Assembly (NCBI RefSeq): GCF_011745625.1
Contig: NW_027191459.1
Coordinates: 310,001 to 374,000 of the forward strand
Direction of reading: 5' to 3'
Length of the DNA stretch: 64,000 nucleotides
DNA from: Cladosporium halotolerans
Lineage: Eukaryota
The position numbers and the translations under genes were made by a program. The notes under the pieces were generated by a model. It did no database searches, was not told the DNA's origin, and worked only from the letters and a program-made list of their open reading frames with translations. Below are positions 45,473 to 56,894 of this stretch, piece after piece (within the stretch, counting starts at the first letter, position 1; each line of letters starts with the position of its first letter).

Positions 45473-47939
45473 TCAAACCTCCCCCCAAACCTCCCTCAAA
45501 TTCCTCACCCGATACCCGCTCGCCCACCCCATATCCCTCTCCACGCCCCTCAGCAACCCCAGCACCGTGCGCCTCCACATCGCCGTCTCCTCTCCCACTT
45601 GCCCGTCCCCATCCCCGCCAGAATCCCCCAGCACCAGCCCCGCCGTCCAAAGCGGCTGCACGCTGTGGATGCGCGCGCCCTCGTCCGTCCTCCCCAAGGA
45701 GATGGCAACAATCTCGCGCGCGTGGAACCGGCTCTGCTGCAGGATGCTCGCGTAGCTGGCGTGGCGCGCCGCGAGGCTGCTGCCGGGCGCCTGCGCGGCC
45801 TCGGCGCCCTCGCCGGTCGAGGTGTGCGGCTTGTTGAGCAGCAGCTGGATGCGCGCGAAGTGGTAGCTCTGCATTGCGCTGGCGCACAGGGGCCGGGGGA
45901 ACCAGCGCTCCTCGAGGCGGGTTGCGGGGTCGGTGCCGAGGGCGATGGGGCGGAAGGAGGGCGGGAGGCCGTCGTGCCAGGCGCGGAGCTGGGCGTCGAG
46001 GCTGCGCCAGGTGGTGAGGAGGGTTTGCTGGCGGATGCCGAGAGGGGAGGTTGGGAGGGAGGAGGCGGGGGCGTCGCCGGCGGAGATGAAGTTGACGAGC
46101 TTGCCGAGGAGGTGGATGAGGGCGTTGGCGATGGTGTCGTCGGGCATGGCGGTGTCGGGGGAGAAGGCGGGGTGCGAGGGGTTGGAGGGGCAGAGGTGGC
46201 CGGTGGCGGGGAGGAAGTGCAGGCCGGCGTTCTGCCAGGTGTGCGTGTCGGTGGGGTCCAGGCGGGTGGAGGTGTTGTTGATGAAGGCGGAGAGCATGTC
46301 TTGGCGGGCGAAGTTCCAGTAGACCGCGGTGCGGCCTTTGCTGGGGCCTTTGCGGGCCAGGGAGTCTGTGTCGGGTGTGTGGCCGGAGAGCCGCTCGTGG
46401 ACTTGTCTGGCTAGGCTGACGGGCTCGGGCTCACGAGTGAGAGGGATGGTTTTCTCTTTGGCGACGTCGAACAAGCTCTTCGCCCCATCGAGATGTCTAC
46501 TCCACTCCGAGCCCGAGGCATCAAGAAATTCATAGACACAAAGCACAGCAGTAGCAGCAACGAGCTCGTCGGAATCCGTATTCGGCAAAGGCGTCCCCTG
46601 CGCTACCGACGCCATTTCCGCCGTCACGTCCTCTGGGAGGGAAGAAGGCTGCGGCGTGGAAACGCCCATCAGAGCCTGCCTGAGCAAGGAAATCGCCACG
46701 TCGTAGTTCTCCCTGCCCTTGTGCGCCCAGCCCTCGACATCCAAAGGCGCGCCCGGCCACAGCGCGGTCCTCTTCCGGCTCTGAGCCGACGCCTCGTCAT
46801 CCGATTCTGGATCGTCACGGCCAATCCGAGCAAGACTCTTCGCCGACAGCGCCGCGCACGAGTACAGCAAGAGCGGACAGTCGACCGCCAGTATCGGGAC
46901 TGTCATGGCGAAGAACTGGCCGAGGTCGAAGAGGTCCATCCACGCGCCCGCGTGCTCGGAGTAGTCGCGCATCAGGAAGGCGAGTTCTGGGTCGCGGATC
47001 GAAGAGCGGCCTCCAGTTGTTCCTTGCGAAAGTAAGCTAGGTGGCCTCACGGGGGTGTACGATGAGCTACGTACATGTATGGGTGTTTGGTCATGGTGCT
47101 GCTGCTCGAGAGGGGGTTCGTGGTGCTGCTGCTGTTGCGTGGGGTCGACCGAGTGCAGACGGGGGTCGATGTTTGGCGGCGGCGATGTGAGTGAGGGTTG
47201 CGTCGCTTGCACGTTCAGCAGGGAGTCGAGGCTTTGCGAGATCGTTTCGTGGCTCTGCTGGGGCGACGACGGATGTTGCATTGACGCCGCCGCGTCGTGC
47301 GCGCCCATCGGCGCAGGCGGAGGGGCGTAGTTGTACTGGTCCTGGCTGGCGACGGCGCTGAGCGCTTCCAACCCATGAGTAGCATACGCCGGGTACGCAG
47401 CCTGCGCAAGCTGCCGGGCAAGCTCGCCGTCGCTCGTGTCCCTGTTCGCATCGAAGTTCATCCCGTTGTGCACCAGGCTATCGTCCATGACCGGAGGCGG
47501 ATGCCCCGAGCCATCCTCGTCGTCGTAAGGGTTGTTCGTCGTGATGAAAGTCAACTCCTGCGGCACCGGCACCCACACGCTGTCCCGGCCAAACGTCTCC
47601 TTGTATCCGTAGAAGTTCTTCAGACTCTCGCGCGAGACCGGGTCGCCGTTCATGGACGGGTTCTGCTGGTGCCGGAAGGTGATGCCGGAGCTGGGGATGC
47701 ACTCGCGGCGCGCCTTGGCGCACTGCGCGCATATCGGGCGCTCCTCGCTACACTTGAGCTGTCGCAAGCCATGTCAGTATGTTCTCGCGCCTGTGAGAGG
47801 GAGCCGGCGCATCTCGCGGTCGTCGCATACCTTCCTCTGTCTGCAGGTGAGGCTGTGGGTGAAAGGAAGGTTAGCCGGAATCAGTTCGGACAGCATGTTT
47901 AGCGACCACATACCATCCCGTCCTCGATCGCGGGGCCAT
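45473..47939 (-). CDS. Zn(II)2Cys6 transcription factor; exons 47939-47914, 47852-47831, 47758-45473
   Basis: Spliced MAPRSRTGCLTCRQRKLKCSEERPICAQCAKARREC; fungal TF region WMDLFD, LCVYEFLD, WSRHLDG, YWNFARQD. Confidence 0.9.
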
Positions 47940-48665
47940 CGGGGAGCCCAGCGTCCTCTACGCGGGTGCAGTGTGCGAGCCTTCTGCGGTGTCAATGTCC
48001 ACGACGCGTCTGGCCGTGATGAAGGTTAGAAGCGTGCGCCAAGGACGACGACGGGCTGAAGGCAAAATTCTTCGCTCGCGATTGGGGAGAGCGGTGCGAG
48101 GAGAGAGAGAGCTTGGGTCAGAGGGCTTTTGAAGATGTCACGCAATTTTGGTTAGGCTGGAATGAACGGCGGAAGGGTATTCACTGTGGTTGTTGATGCC
48201 TCGCTGCAAACCGACTTGAAGTAGGCACGCGTGATGGACCGCAACTGCCGTATGTCTTGGCACGTGCTCAAGCGTGGCAAGGCTGATGTGTAGCGACGCT
48301 CTTTGTAGTGAATCGCATAGCATTAGGCCTTGATTTGGACAATCCGGCGATTTTCTACAAATGAGAAATGAAACTCAAGTGTGTACATGGAGACTGAGAA
48401 CACAAAAGTGACAAAAGAGAATCGCATCGTTGATCATTCGTAGCACAGACAGCATAATGGTATATCCGCTCGTCACAAACCAGAAAAGACACAGAAAAAC
48501 AAAGAACCCGGCTGCACTCCTGAACAGAGCAGCCATCACCAGCCGAGGCTCTTTCGAAAGCCCGGCCACCTCGCGCTCTATGGAAACGCCATGCCAACAC
48601 CGTACTAAAACGCAACGAGAGGGCAGCCAAAACCGCGCAAAGAGCTGGAATCTCCTCCTCTATCC

Positions 48666-51494
48666 TCAGGGAGACGACCTCGCCGTTCGATCCTCCGCAG
48701 AGCTCACGCGACTGACGTCTCGCTTCTTCTTCCAAAACTTCAGGCCGCGCAGCCGACTGCGAGAGCGCGACTCCCTAAGGCCACGCTCTTCTTTTCGCGG
48801 CGAGTTCCTACTGCTTCCACCATCGCTCTCGCCGCTGGCCATCCGCGAGACCGGGAGAGGTGAAGTATCGCCCTTCTGCGGCTGCTTGTCTCCCGGTATG
48901 GGCGGCACAGGAGGTATTGAGGGTAGGTCCTCGTGTTTGGGCGTGGGCTGTAGGCTGTCGTCCTTCTTGGGCCCATTGGCTGGCACCGTAAATGGATCCT
49001 CGGGCGAAGCCAGACTCTGGTGTCGCGGCATTGCATCGTCCTCAGTAGGCGCGAGGGATGAGGGTTGCGTAGACGGGCTGTACATGGTACCTGTTGTCGC
49101 GGTTGCGGAACTCGTCGCATGGCTCCGCGACGAAGGGATGCTGTTGCGCGCAGCAGAGGTTTTCGGGCCGGATTGAACGCTCTGTCGCTTGGCAGTCGCA
49201 TCGCCAGGTTTGTCCGGAGAGCCAGACGACTTAGACGGACTCCCACGACCCGAGTTACCCTTAGATGTCACGAGAATAGTGGTAAGACTCTCGTCCTTGG
49301 ATCCGCGACGCGAAGACGGGAAGGACTGGTTGATGTGCAGATCTGCCGAGCCACGTCGCGAGCCAGGACTGAAGCTTTGGTGTGCGAACATGCTCAACTG
49401 TTGAAGCTGATCCAGTGCGACATCCTTACTTGATCGCCGAGAGATGCTATTAGGCGAAAGTGGCGCTGCAAGGTTACCGAGGTTTGGTGCAGACGAACGT
49501 CCCTCGTCCGACAGGTTGTATCCTAGCGCTGCCTTGCGCTTCTCTTCTGCTGCTGCATGCGCGGATGCACCTTCTTCGACTTGAACAGTTTGCCGTTTGA
49601 TGGGTGTCGAGGGACGCTGTCCAGCTTCGAGGGGTACCACAGTAGGTTCGGAGCTACGCTGGGCTTGCTCAACTTCGTCCTTGCCGACAGAGCTGAAAGT
49701 CAAGGGCGCACTTTTGCCATCCGATTCGCGCCTCTGCTTCTCTGCTTGAATCTTCCGCTCCCAGGTGGCTTGATTGTTTTCGAGAGTCGTTACGGCAGCG
49801 GTGACACTGGGCATGAGCTCAGCAATGCCTGAGAAGAGGGGAAACCCGAAGAGACCCATGAATCCCTTTTGGCTCTGAGCCGCAGCCAGCATGTCCTCCT
49901 TGTTGGGTGGACCGCCGAAGAGACAGGTAGGGATGTTTAATTCAGCTTCCAGCTCTCCCTGACGAGCGAACTCATTCATCAAGATTTTCGCCCAAAGAGA
50001 TGAGACGTCAAACGGCCGGGCGACGTTTGAAATGTCCGCGGCTTTCATGAGGATTGCCATCACAAGTTCTCGAGCATGTTCCTTGTCTTTGTCGCACCAG
50101 TCTTCCATCGAATCATCATCACCAAGCTTTTGCTTCAGCTCGCCCAATTGGTTCATGTAGTCGAAATGCCGTTGCATGTCAGTAGCGAGGATGGTTGAGA
50201 TCATGGTATTCCTGAAGCCTGTGATCGAGCTGAGTTGGGGCCAATGTCGGCGAATAAGCTGGGAGTATGCTGCACAGTGGTAGTTTTCCAACACAGATTT
50301 GTCGTTGTAAATCTGCGCGAGAGGGTGGTTGCAAGCTACAAGGAACGCATTGTTGACACCGGGGTGGCCAACGTCATGGCCGATGGCAGAAACGAGCAAG
50401 ATCAAGCCGTCGATAGGAGTCAGAACACGCTCGATTGCGCTTTGCTTCCCTGAAGTTGGAAGTTGAGGATCGTCGGAAGGACACAGACCAAAGAACACCA
50501 GGAAGCTGTAGATCGACTGTGTGACATCGACGGCATGTCGCCAATTGTGGTAGTGTACCTCTCGTTCGTGCTTGTATTGCCGCCTGGTGGCCAACAAAAA
50601 GCCCATGAGTTGCTCTCGTGGTATCCTGTAGTCGGCCAGATCTGGTGACTTCAGTTGGTGCTCGAGCATGTAGAGGGTGGCGCAGGTAAGCTCGTCCATA
50701 TCAAGCTCGTGAGCCGGGAACCGCCAATGGCCGATGGCATCCTGGACAAATTCTGCGCGCTCGTCGGAAATGTCCTCGTCGGGGCGGTGGCAAAGCTTGG
50801 AAGGCTTGCTCGCCGTGAAGATACTATCCACAAGATTCTGCGCCATTTGAGTGCCCACCAACCGAGCGGGGGGCCTGGTCTTCTCTCTCACGTGGCCAAC
50901 CAGACGGCTCAGGTCGTCGTGTGATAGTGGGCTGTGGAGTGCATTGACCGCGCCAGCACCGAGATGCTGAGTTGCCGTGGCAGGATCCAAAGGCTGACTT
51001 GATCTGGGTGAAGAAACTAAAAGGGTAAAAGGAAAGACGGGTCGCTGGTGTCTCGCGCCTTGGATGTCCGCGTTCAAGCTCTCAAGGAAATCGATGGTCG
51101 TGGGGTGTCGAGGTCGGTCGTTGCTGGTGCTTGTGGCATATGCGGGTGCATCGATGAGGACGACGGTCGGGAAAGTGGTAGCATATGCTTCTACCTTTTC
51201 CCAGCATCGCTTTGGTGAAGAACTGATAAACACTTGAATGATGTCAGCTTTGTGCGCCGCGTACTCGACGCCAATACCTCAATGGCGGGAACTCAACTGA
51301 CCTTCATGAAAGCCACCCCGGTCTGGATCCAGCAATGCGCGCACGTTCTGGTATATGACCTGCAGAGAGTGTACAGCCGAGCTCTCCGCCGGTAGCTCGG
51401 ACAGGCTTTCGGGGCGGTGGCATGCCGTCACGTCCTCGCCGGCGCTGGCGCAAAAATACACGACATTGCACCGGTCGTCCGCCTGCTCTTCCAT
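48666..51494 (-). CDS. PDE2: Class I (high-affinity) cAMP phosphodiesterase; intron 51233-51301
   Basis: YHNWRHAVDV, AIGHDVGHPGVNN, SVLENYHC, ILATDM, KAADISNVARP; receiver-like N-terminal region and disordered C-tail. Confidence 0.92.
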
Positions 51495-53656
51495 CTGCTC
51501 ACGCAGCCCTTGGCTGCCGGGCCGGCTGGTTTCCTGATGCGAAATTGTTGTTGATAAAAGTCCCCCGGGGCGGGTTAAGGAACGTTGCAGTAGCAGAGGT
51601 CGGTCGTGTAGTGTCGTCTATGGCGGCGCATTCGGCGCGCGCGAAAGGAACGGAGGTGGTCGCAAGTGAGTTGGAAGGAGCGCCGTCGCAGGCAATGGTG
51701 GAGCAGCAGGCGCAAATGCACTGGCGCAAGCGAAGCTGCAGGTGGTGTTGTGGGCAGGCGTGACTGGCACGGACTGCGCGACGGGGTGCGGTGCGCGGCG
51801 TGCGGCGTGCGATGGCGAGGGCGAGGGCGAGTGCAGGGCGTGTGCAGGGTGCAGGTGTGTGATGGGGATCGCAATGCGGGCGATGGAATGCTGCAGGCAG
51901 GCAGGCGGCAGCGGCGAGAGAAGTCTCGGGGCCGGGCAGGCGTGGTGTGGTGTCGGGTCGGGGCAGGTCAGGTCGTTGGCGCCAGGCGCAGGCTGCCCAT
52001 GGCCGGATGCAAGGCGGGAGTCGAGGCGTCGGCGTGTAGCGAGATGTAGTGCGGGACAGCGGCGGGTGTGGATGCTTGGCCCTGGCGGTGGGCAGCGTGG
52101 ACGGCGGGCGGCGAGAGGGCGTGGGAGAGGAGCAGCAGCAGAGGCGGACGGCGAGACAGGCAGAGGGCGAGCGGCGCGCCAGCCATTCCTAGTCGCCCGC
52201 GACGTCGCCATCCCTGCCTTCTGCTCATCTTCTGGAAGAACACAAAACGCTCCCCCGCGCGCCGATGCAGACGCTGCGGAGCGGCCTGTGGGCGCATAGT
52301 CCGCCACTCACTGCCTGCAACACCCGGAGGCTTCTCCGTCGCCAACGACTGCTCCACACACACTCGCCGTCCTTTCCTTACCGCGCAGGCCGCGGGACCG
52401 GCCTAGTGACCATCGTCGATCGAAGGATGCTCGAAACGCCTCATCATCTTGTTCTTCGAAGCTTCGAATTTGCCCTTCGGCACCCAGACGGACGGTACGA
52501 CGGTACATGCTGCGAGGGGCGACTCAGAAAACGCCTCGCGCGGATCGCCACACCCTGTGCCAGGCGTGCCTGCGGTGCTGCCGTGCTGCTGCGGTGGCGC
52601 GCAGCCGTATCTCGACCGTCTGCGATCGCCTGTCTCGCCTTCGTCGGCCTGCTCCACCCGCGCAGCCCAGCAGATTTGCTCGGTCCCTCTTTCGCCCGCA
52701 CCAATCTGCCGGAACAGAGCGTGCAACCAGACGGCGCTGCGGCCTCTTGCCACGCACCGCCCACGAGCGCGCGCGAGCCCTGCCACTGGCCAGGCGTCCG
52801 CCCGGCCGTGCCAACGAACCGCTCCAACTGCTGCTGGCTGGATGTGCTATCTGGCCGCACAGCTCGCTCGAATGGGAGGCCGAGCGGCCCCTGGGCGCCT
52901 CCAGCCCTACATTATCTTATGACGCCAATAGCGCGAAATCAATGGTAATCTTTGCTCTCAGGCCGGCCTTCCCCTCCGCGCCCGCCGACACACCTGGCAC
53001 ATCCTCGTCCATCGTCACGCGACGCAGCGGTTTGCGTGCTTGCGCTTGCGTGTCGTCTCACATCCTTGACAACACGCTTCTTTCCGCTTCTCCACTGAGC
53101 TTCGCACGCCCGCGTCGGCGACTGCGCTGTAGGGCCGATCCGCTGAAAATCATGCCGTCGCGGTGGCCTGGCGCAGGCAGTCGAGCGCCTGCTGGTCAAA
53201 CTGATGCAGCCGAGATACTTTCGCCTCTGTAAGCTGACGACAACCTTGATGATCGCTTCACTACAGGGAATGATCCGAACGAACGCTATCAGCTGGCGCT
53301 TCGCGCGCTTTGCGATTATCACTGCAAGGCAAATATCCAAGGCACGGACATCTCATTCTCAAGGCCCAGAACTGCGCTATTCGCTACCCTGGTCGTTTGG
53401 GCAGACACGTGCCCAATCCCCACCCCTAGCCGGGGTCAATCATCAACGATTACCAACGTGGCCCGACGCCCTCATCTATCACGAACAACCAGGCGACCTA
53501 GACCGTTGATCCTGCGTCTGCGGCAGTTCTGCCGACCTTCTCGCTCCCTTCCCCGTCCAGTAGCCATCGCAAGCCACTCCCGGCACTTCACTCAGCACTC
53601 GCCACCCCTCCGACAACTCCCACCTCACTTCCTCCCCCCATCACCACCACCAACCC

Positions 53657-54271
53657 TCAAGACCTCTTCACCCCCCTCCCCCTCCCCTCCCCACCCATCC
53701 CAACACCCACCGCCACCAGCCCCAACACCGTCAACCCCACGTTCCCCCAAACGCCAATCTCCATCGCGACCGTGCGATGGCTGTCCCTGGCCCAGTGCGT
53801 CCACGCCCCGTACCCCGTCGTGACGTGGTGGAAGATCGTCGCGAGAATCGCGAGCCGCGCGAGCGGTTTGCGCGCCGCGGAAGCCTGGGCGGCCGAGGCC
53901 GAGGACCAGGGCAGCGGCACGGCGTCGGCGAAGACGAGCAGCAGCAGGGCCAGCGTCAGGAGCTGGAAGCCGTCGGTCCAGATCGTGTAGATTTCGAGGT
54001 CTGGTAGGTATTGTTAGTTTTTGGGGTTCGGTGGAGGCAGGGGGTTGGATGGGAGGCTCAAGTACCGCTGGGCGAGACGACGGGCTGCGAAGGCGGTCTG
54101 AACCAGCCGCTGACGCGCTCCGGGTCGGTGATGCGCGCGAGGCCGCGCAGGGCGTACCAGAAGGAGGCGCCGAAGATGTAGGCGTGGTAGGGCTAGGGGA
54201 GTGAGGTCAGCTGCTGGGGGTGCTTGTGGGGAGGTTGCTGGGGTTTGAGGGCTTACGTCTACGAGCGACAT
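53657..54271 (-). CDS. Small multi-pass membrane protein of about 160 aa, two introns (about 54193-54256 and 54001-54065); not shown intact in the ORF track
   Basis: Spliced MSLVD|PYHAYIFGASFWYALRG..WFRPP..S|DLEIYTIWTDGFQLLTLALLLLVF..TIFHHVTTG..GVWGNVGLTVLG; donors GTAAGC and GTACTT, branch points GCTGAC and ACTAAC. Confidence 0.78.
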
Positions 54272-55025
54272 GTTCGCGGTTGGGACGAATATTATTGAGT
54301 GCTATGCTATGCTGCTACGAGTGAAGACAGTGCTGAAGGGAGATATCAATGGACTGGGGGCCTCACGAGAAGGCCACCTGGGTTTTGTCCTCGCGATGCG
54401 GACGCGTTGGAGCCTGCCCCGCCCAAGCTGCTTGGGAGCAGCATAGCGTGAGGGTTGCGTCATCTTACATGTCGGAAGGCCGACCGCATGGGAGTCGCGA
54501 ACGCAACCTACGTTTCTCAGACGATTGTATTGGACTATGATTGTCAATCGTCACAAACGCAAGAGATCTTTTCGTTTGACTGATCATGGGTGAATGGAGC
54601 ACAGTGCAGTGGAGGCCAGACGTCTCTTAATGCGCATTGAAGTACCAAGCGCAGGTGCTCTCGAACCTCATTTCATCAGTCTCAAGTCAACGATAATGAC
54701 CTTTTCGAGCATCATCAATGCCTTTATGGCGAGTCGCCGGGATCATCCTCCTATCACAACGACGCGTCCTAGACAGTAGCAGACCCCGCAGGAGCCGGGT
54801 ATCAGCGGACTACATCGACCTACCAGCCTGTGACAAAGCAGCCTTGCGAAGGTAGTCAGTCGAAGTGTAAGCCTAGTTGCAAATGCTAGTCCGGACTTTA
54901 GTGGTAGAGAGCTCTCTCGGGAAGGAACCATCACAAGTTGGGAGCTCTAGGAATCATCAACCTCTAAGAGTAGAGATCTGTCATTACGACCAAATTCCTC
55001 CTGTATCGTGCCTTCACGATTCCAT

Positions 55026-56360
55026 CTACTTCTCACCACCATTCTGAAACCCATCCGTAAAGGCGTGCAGCAACCCTGCCGGTGCGTCTTCCGCGAAAAA
55101 CATCTCGTTCTTCACCGCAGCATCTTCGATGGTTTCCCTCGCCCGTGGCCACATCGACCTCTCGTACTCCTCAATCGCTCTGTCAAGGCTGTGCGCGCCG
55201 TGCTTGACGATCTGTTGCGCCAATTGGAGACTGTCGAACAACGCTACATTGACACCTTCTCCGCTGGGCGGGCTATGGTTGAGTTAACAGCGGTGGACAA
55301 GTCATCGTACGTGAGATAATGCACTTACGTGAGATGAGCAGCATCCCCAACCAAAGTCACCCCAGGCATACTCCTCTGCGGCAGCGACCCCACAGATAGG
55401 CCATAGAGAGGCCAGACATAGAAATCGCCATCACTGTTGGCGATGAGATCCGTATTGGCCGTCGCCCAATCGGCGAAATGCTCCTTCACTAGTACCTCTC
55501 GCAATCTCGCCGCGTCTTCAATGAGAGCTGCGTTCTCGTGCCTCCACGCTTCGGGCAGCGAGAGGCCGGCGAAGGTGTAGTACGAGCCGTCGCCGAGGCG
55601 CATGGCAGCCACGACTCGTCCGCCGCCCATGCTCATGTAGTTGCCTGTGCCCACGAGACACTCGGCGATGGAGTAGAAGGGGTTGGCGGGAGAGATGGCG
55701 CTGGTGAGGTAGTATCTTCCGGAGTACTCGGGGATGGCGGGTGTGAGCTTCTTTGGTGTTAGCAAGGTGTTGGATGCAAGAGGTTGAATGATAGCAGCCT
55801 ACCAGATTTCGTGCCTTCGACCATGCCCCGTCTGCTCCAACGACGAGGCGAAACCCCGTCTCGCTGCCACCCTCCGCGAAGTGAACAGCCATCGTCCCGT
55901 CTAGTTCTTGCTGCACTTGCTCGACTTTGACTCCCCATTGAATTCTGTCTTTGGGGACGGAGTCCAGCAGCATCGACCGCAAGTCTCTACGGTCGATCTC
56001 CGGCCTGTCGGTATCTTGGTTCTCGTCGAGCTTCACGAGGATCTTGCCGTCCATGTTGGCAATTGTGAGAGGGACATCGTACCTGAAGAGAGTCAGTGAA
56101 AAGCGCATGTCGCGACGAACATTGGCTGCTCCTTCATACCGGGCCTTCTTCTTGAACACATCTAACAAGCCAGCTTCTTCGAGAGCCAGCAAGCCAGATC
56201 CCTCGTGTAGGTCGAGCGTTCCGCTACCGTCTCTTCCCCATGCTGACATGGCAGATGAGTCTCGTTCGAAGATTGTGAAGTCGATGTTAGCCCGATTGAG
56301 CAGGCGGCCAAGGAGGAGGCCGCTGGGACCGGCGCCCAAGATGGCTATTGGTGGAGTCAT
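55026..56360 (-). CDS. Group A FAD-dependent monooxygenase (TetX/UbiH-like); introns 56083-56139, about 55749-55802 and 55273-55328
   Basis: IAILGAGPSG, GTLDLH, RPEIDRRDLR, LVVGADGAWSKAR, VTLVGDAAHLT|PPSGEGVNVALFD. Confidence 0.9.
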
Positions 56361-56894
56361 GGATCGCAGATTCGTTGTCGTGGCTTTGGGCAGAGAGCGA
56401 ATTGTCGATAGGTAACGATTCCTGAAGTTGAGAGCGTCCGAAAGCCTTCTCCGTAACATAGGTCTCATGCAGGATGCTAAGAAGGCATTGTGATTAACCC
56501 CGGACATGTCGACGGCCCTGCCATGTCTTTATACTTGCGAGTATGGAGAGCATGCGTCAATGAGGGCCTCATGTTATCTACACACTGGCTCAGAATCCCG
56601 CAAGACATCGCGAACGAAGCCTAATTGGGACAAACCCGCGAACATTCGGATGAATGAAAGGTTTCTGCCTCAAGGAGTCGGGTAACACGGAATCATGTAA
56701 CCTCCGCTAAATGCCGGGCGTTTGACGACCTCAATAAATGTTGTCGCACGGGAAGGGCTATCGATTGGTGACTCGGCTGTCGAATCCCTTGGCACGCGAC
56801 CATACTTCTTGGAAGGATTAGCACCCCAACTGCACATTATCCTCCGCCTTCCTCCATTGTAAGTCCCGTACGGTAACCGTTGAAGGCCAGAACT

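Noticed and set aside
45230..46414. 394-aa + strand Pro/Gly-rich ORF
   Set aside because: Antisense to the Zn2Cys6 gene; its composition mirrors the local C/G skew.
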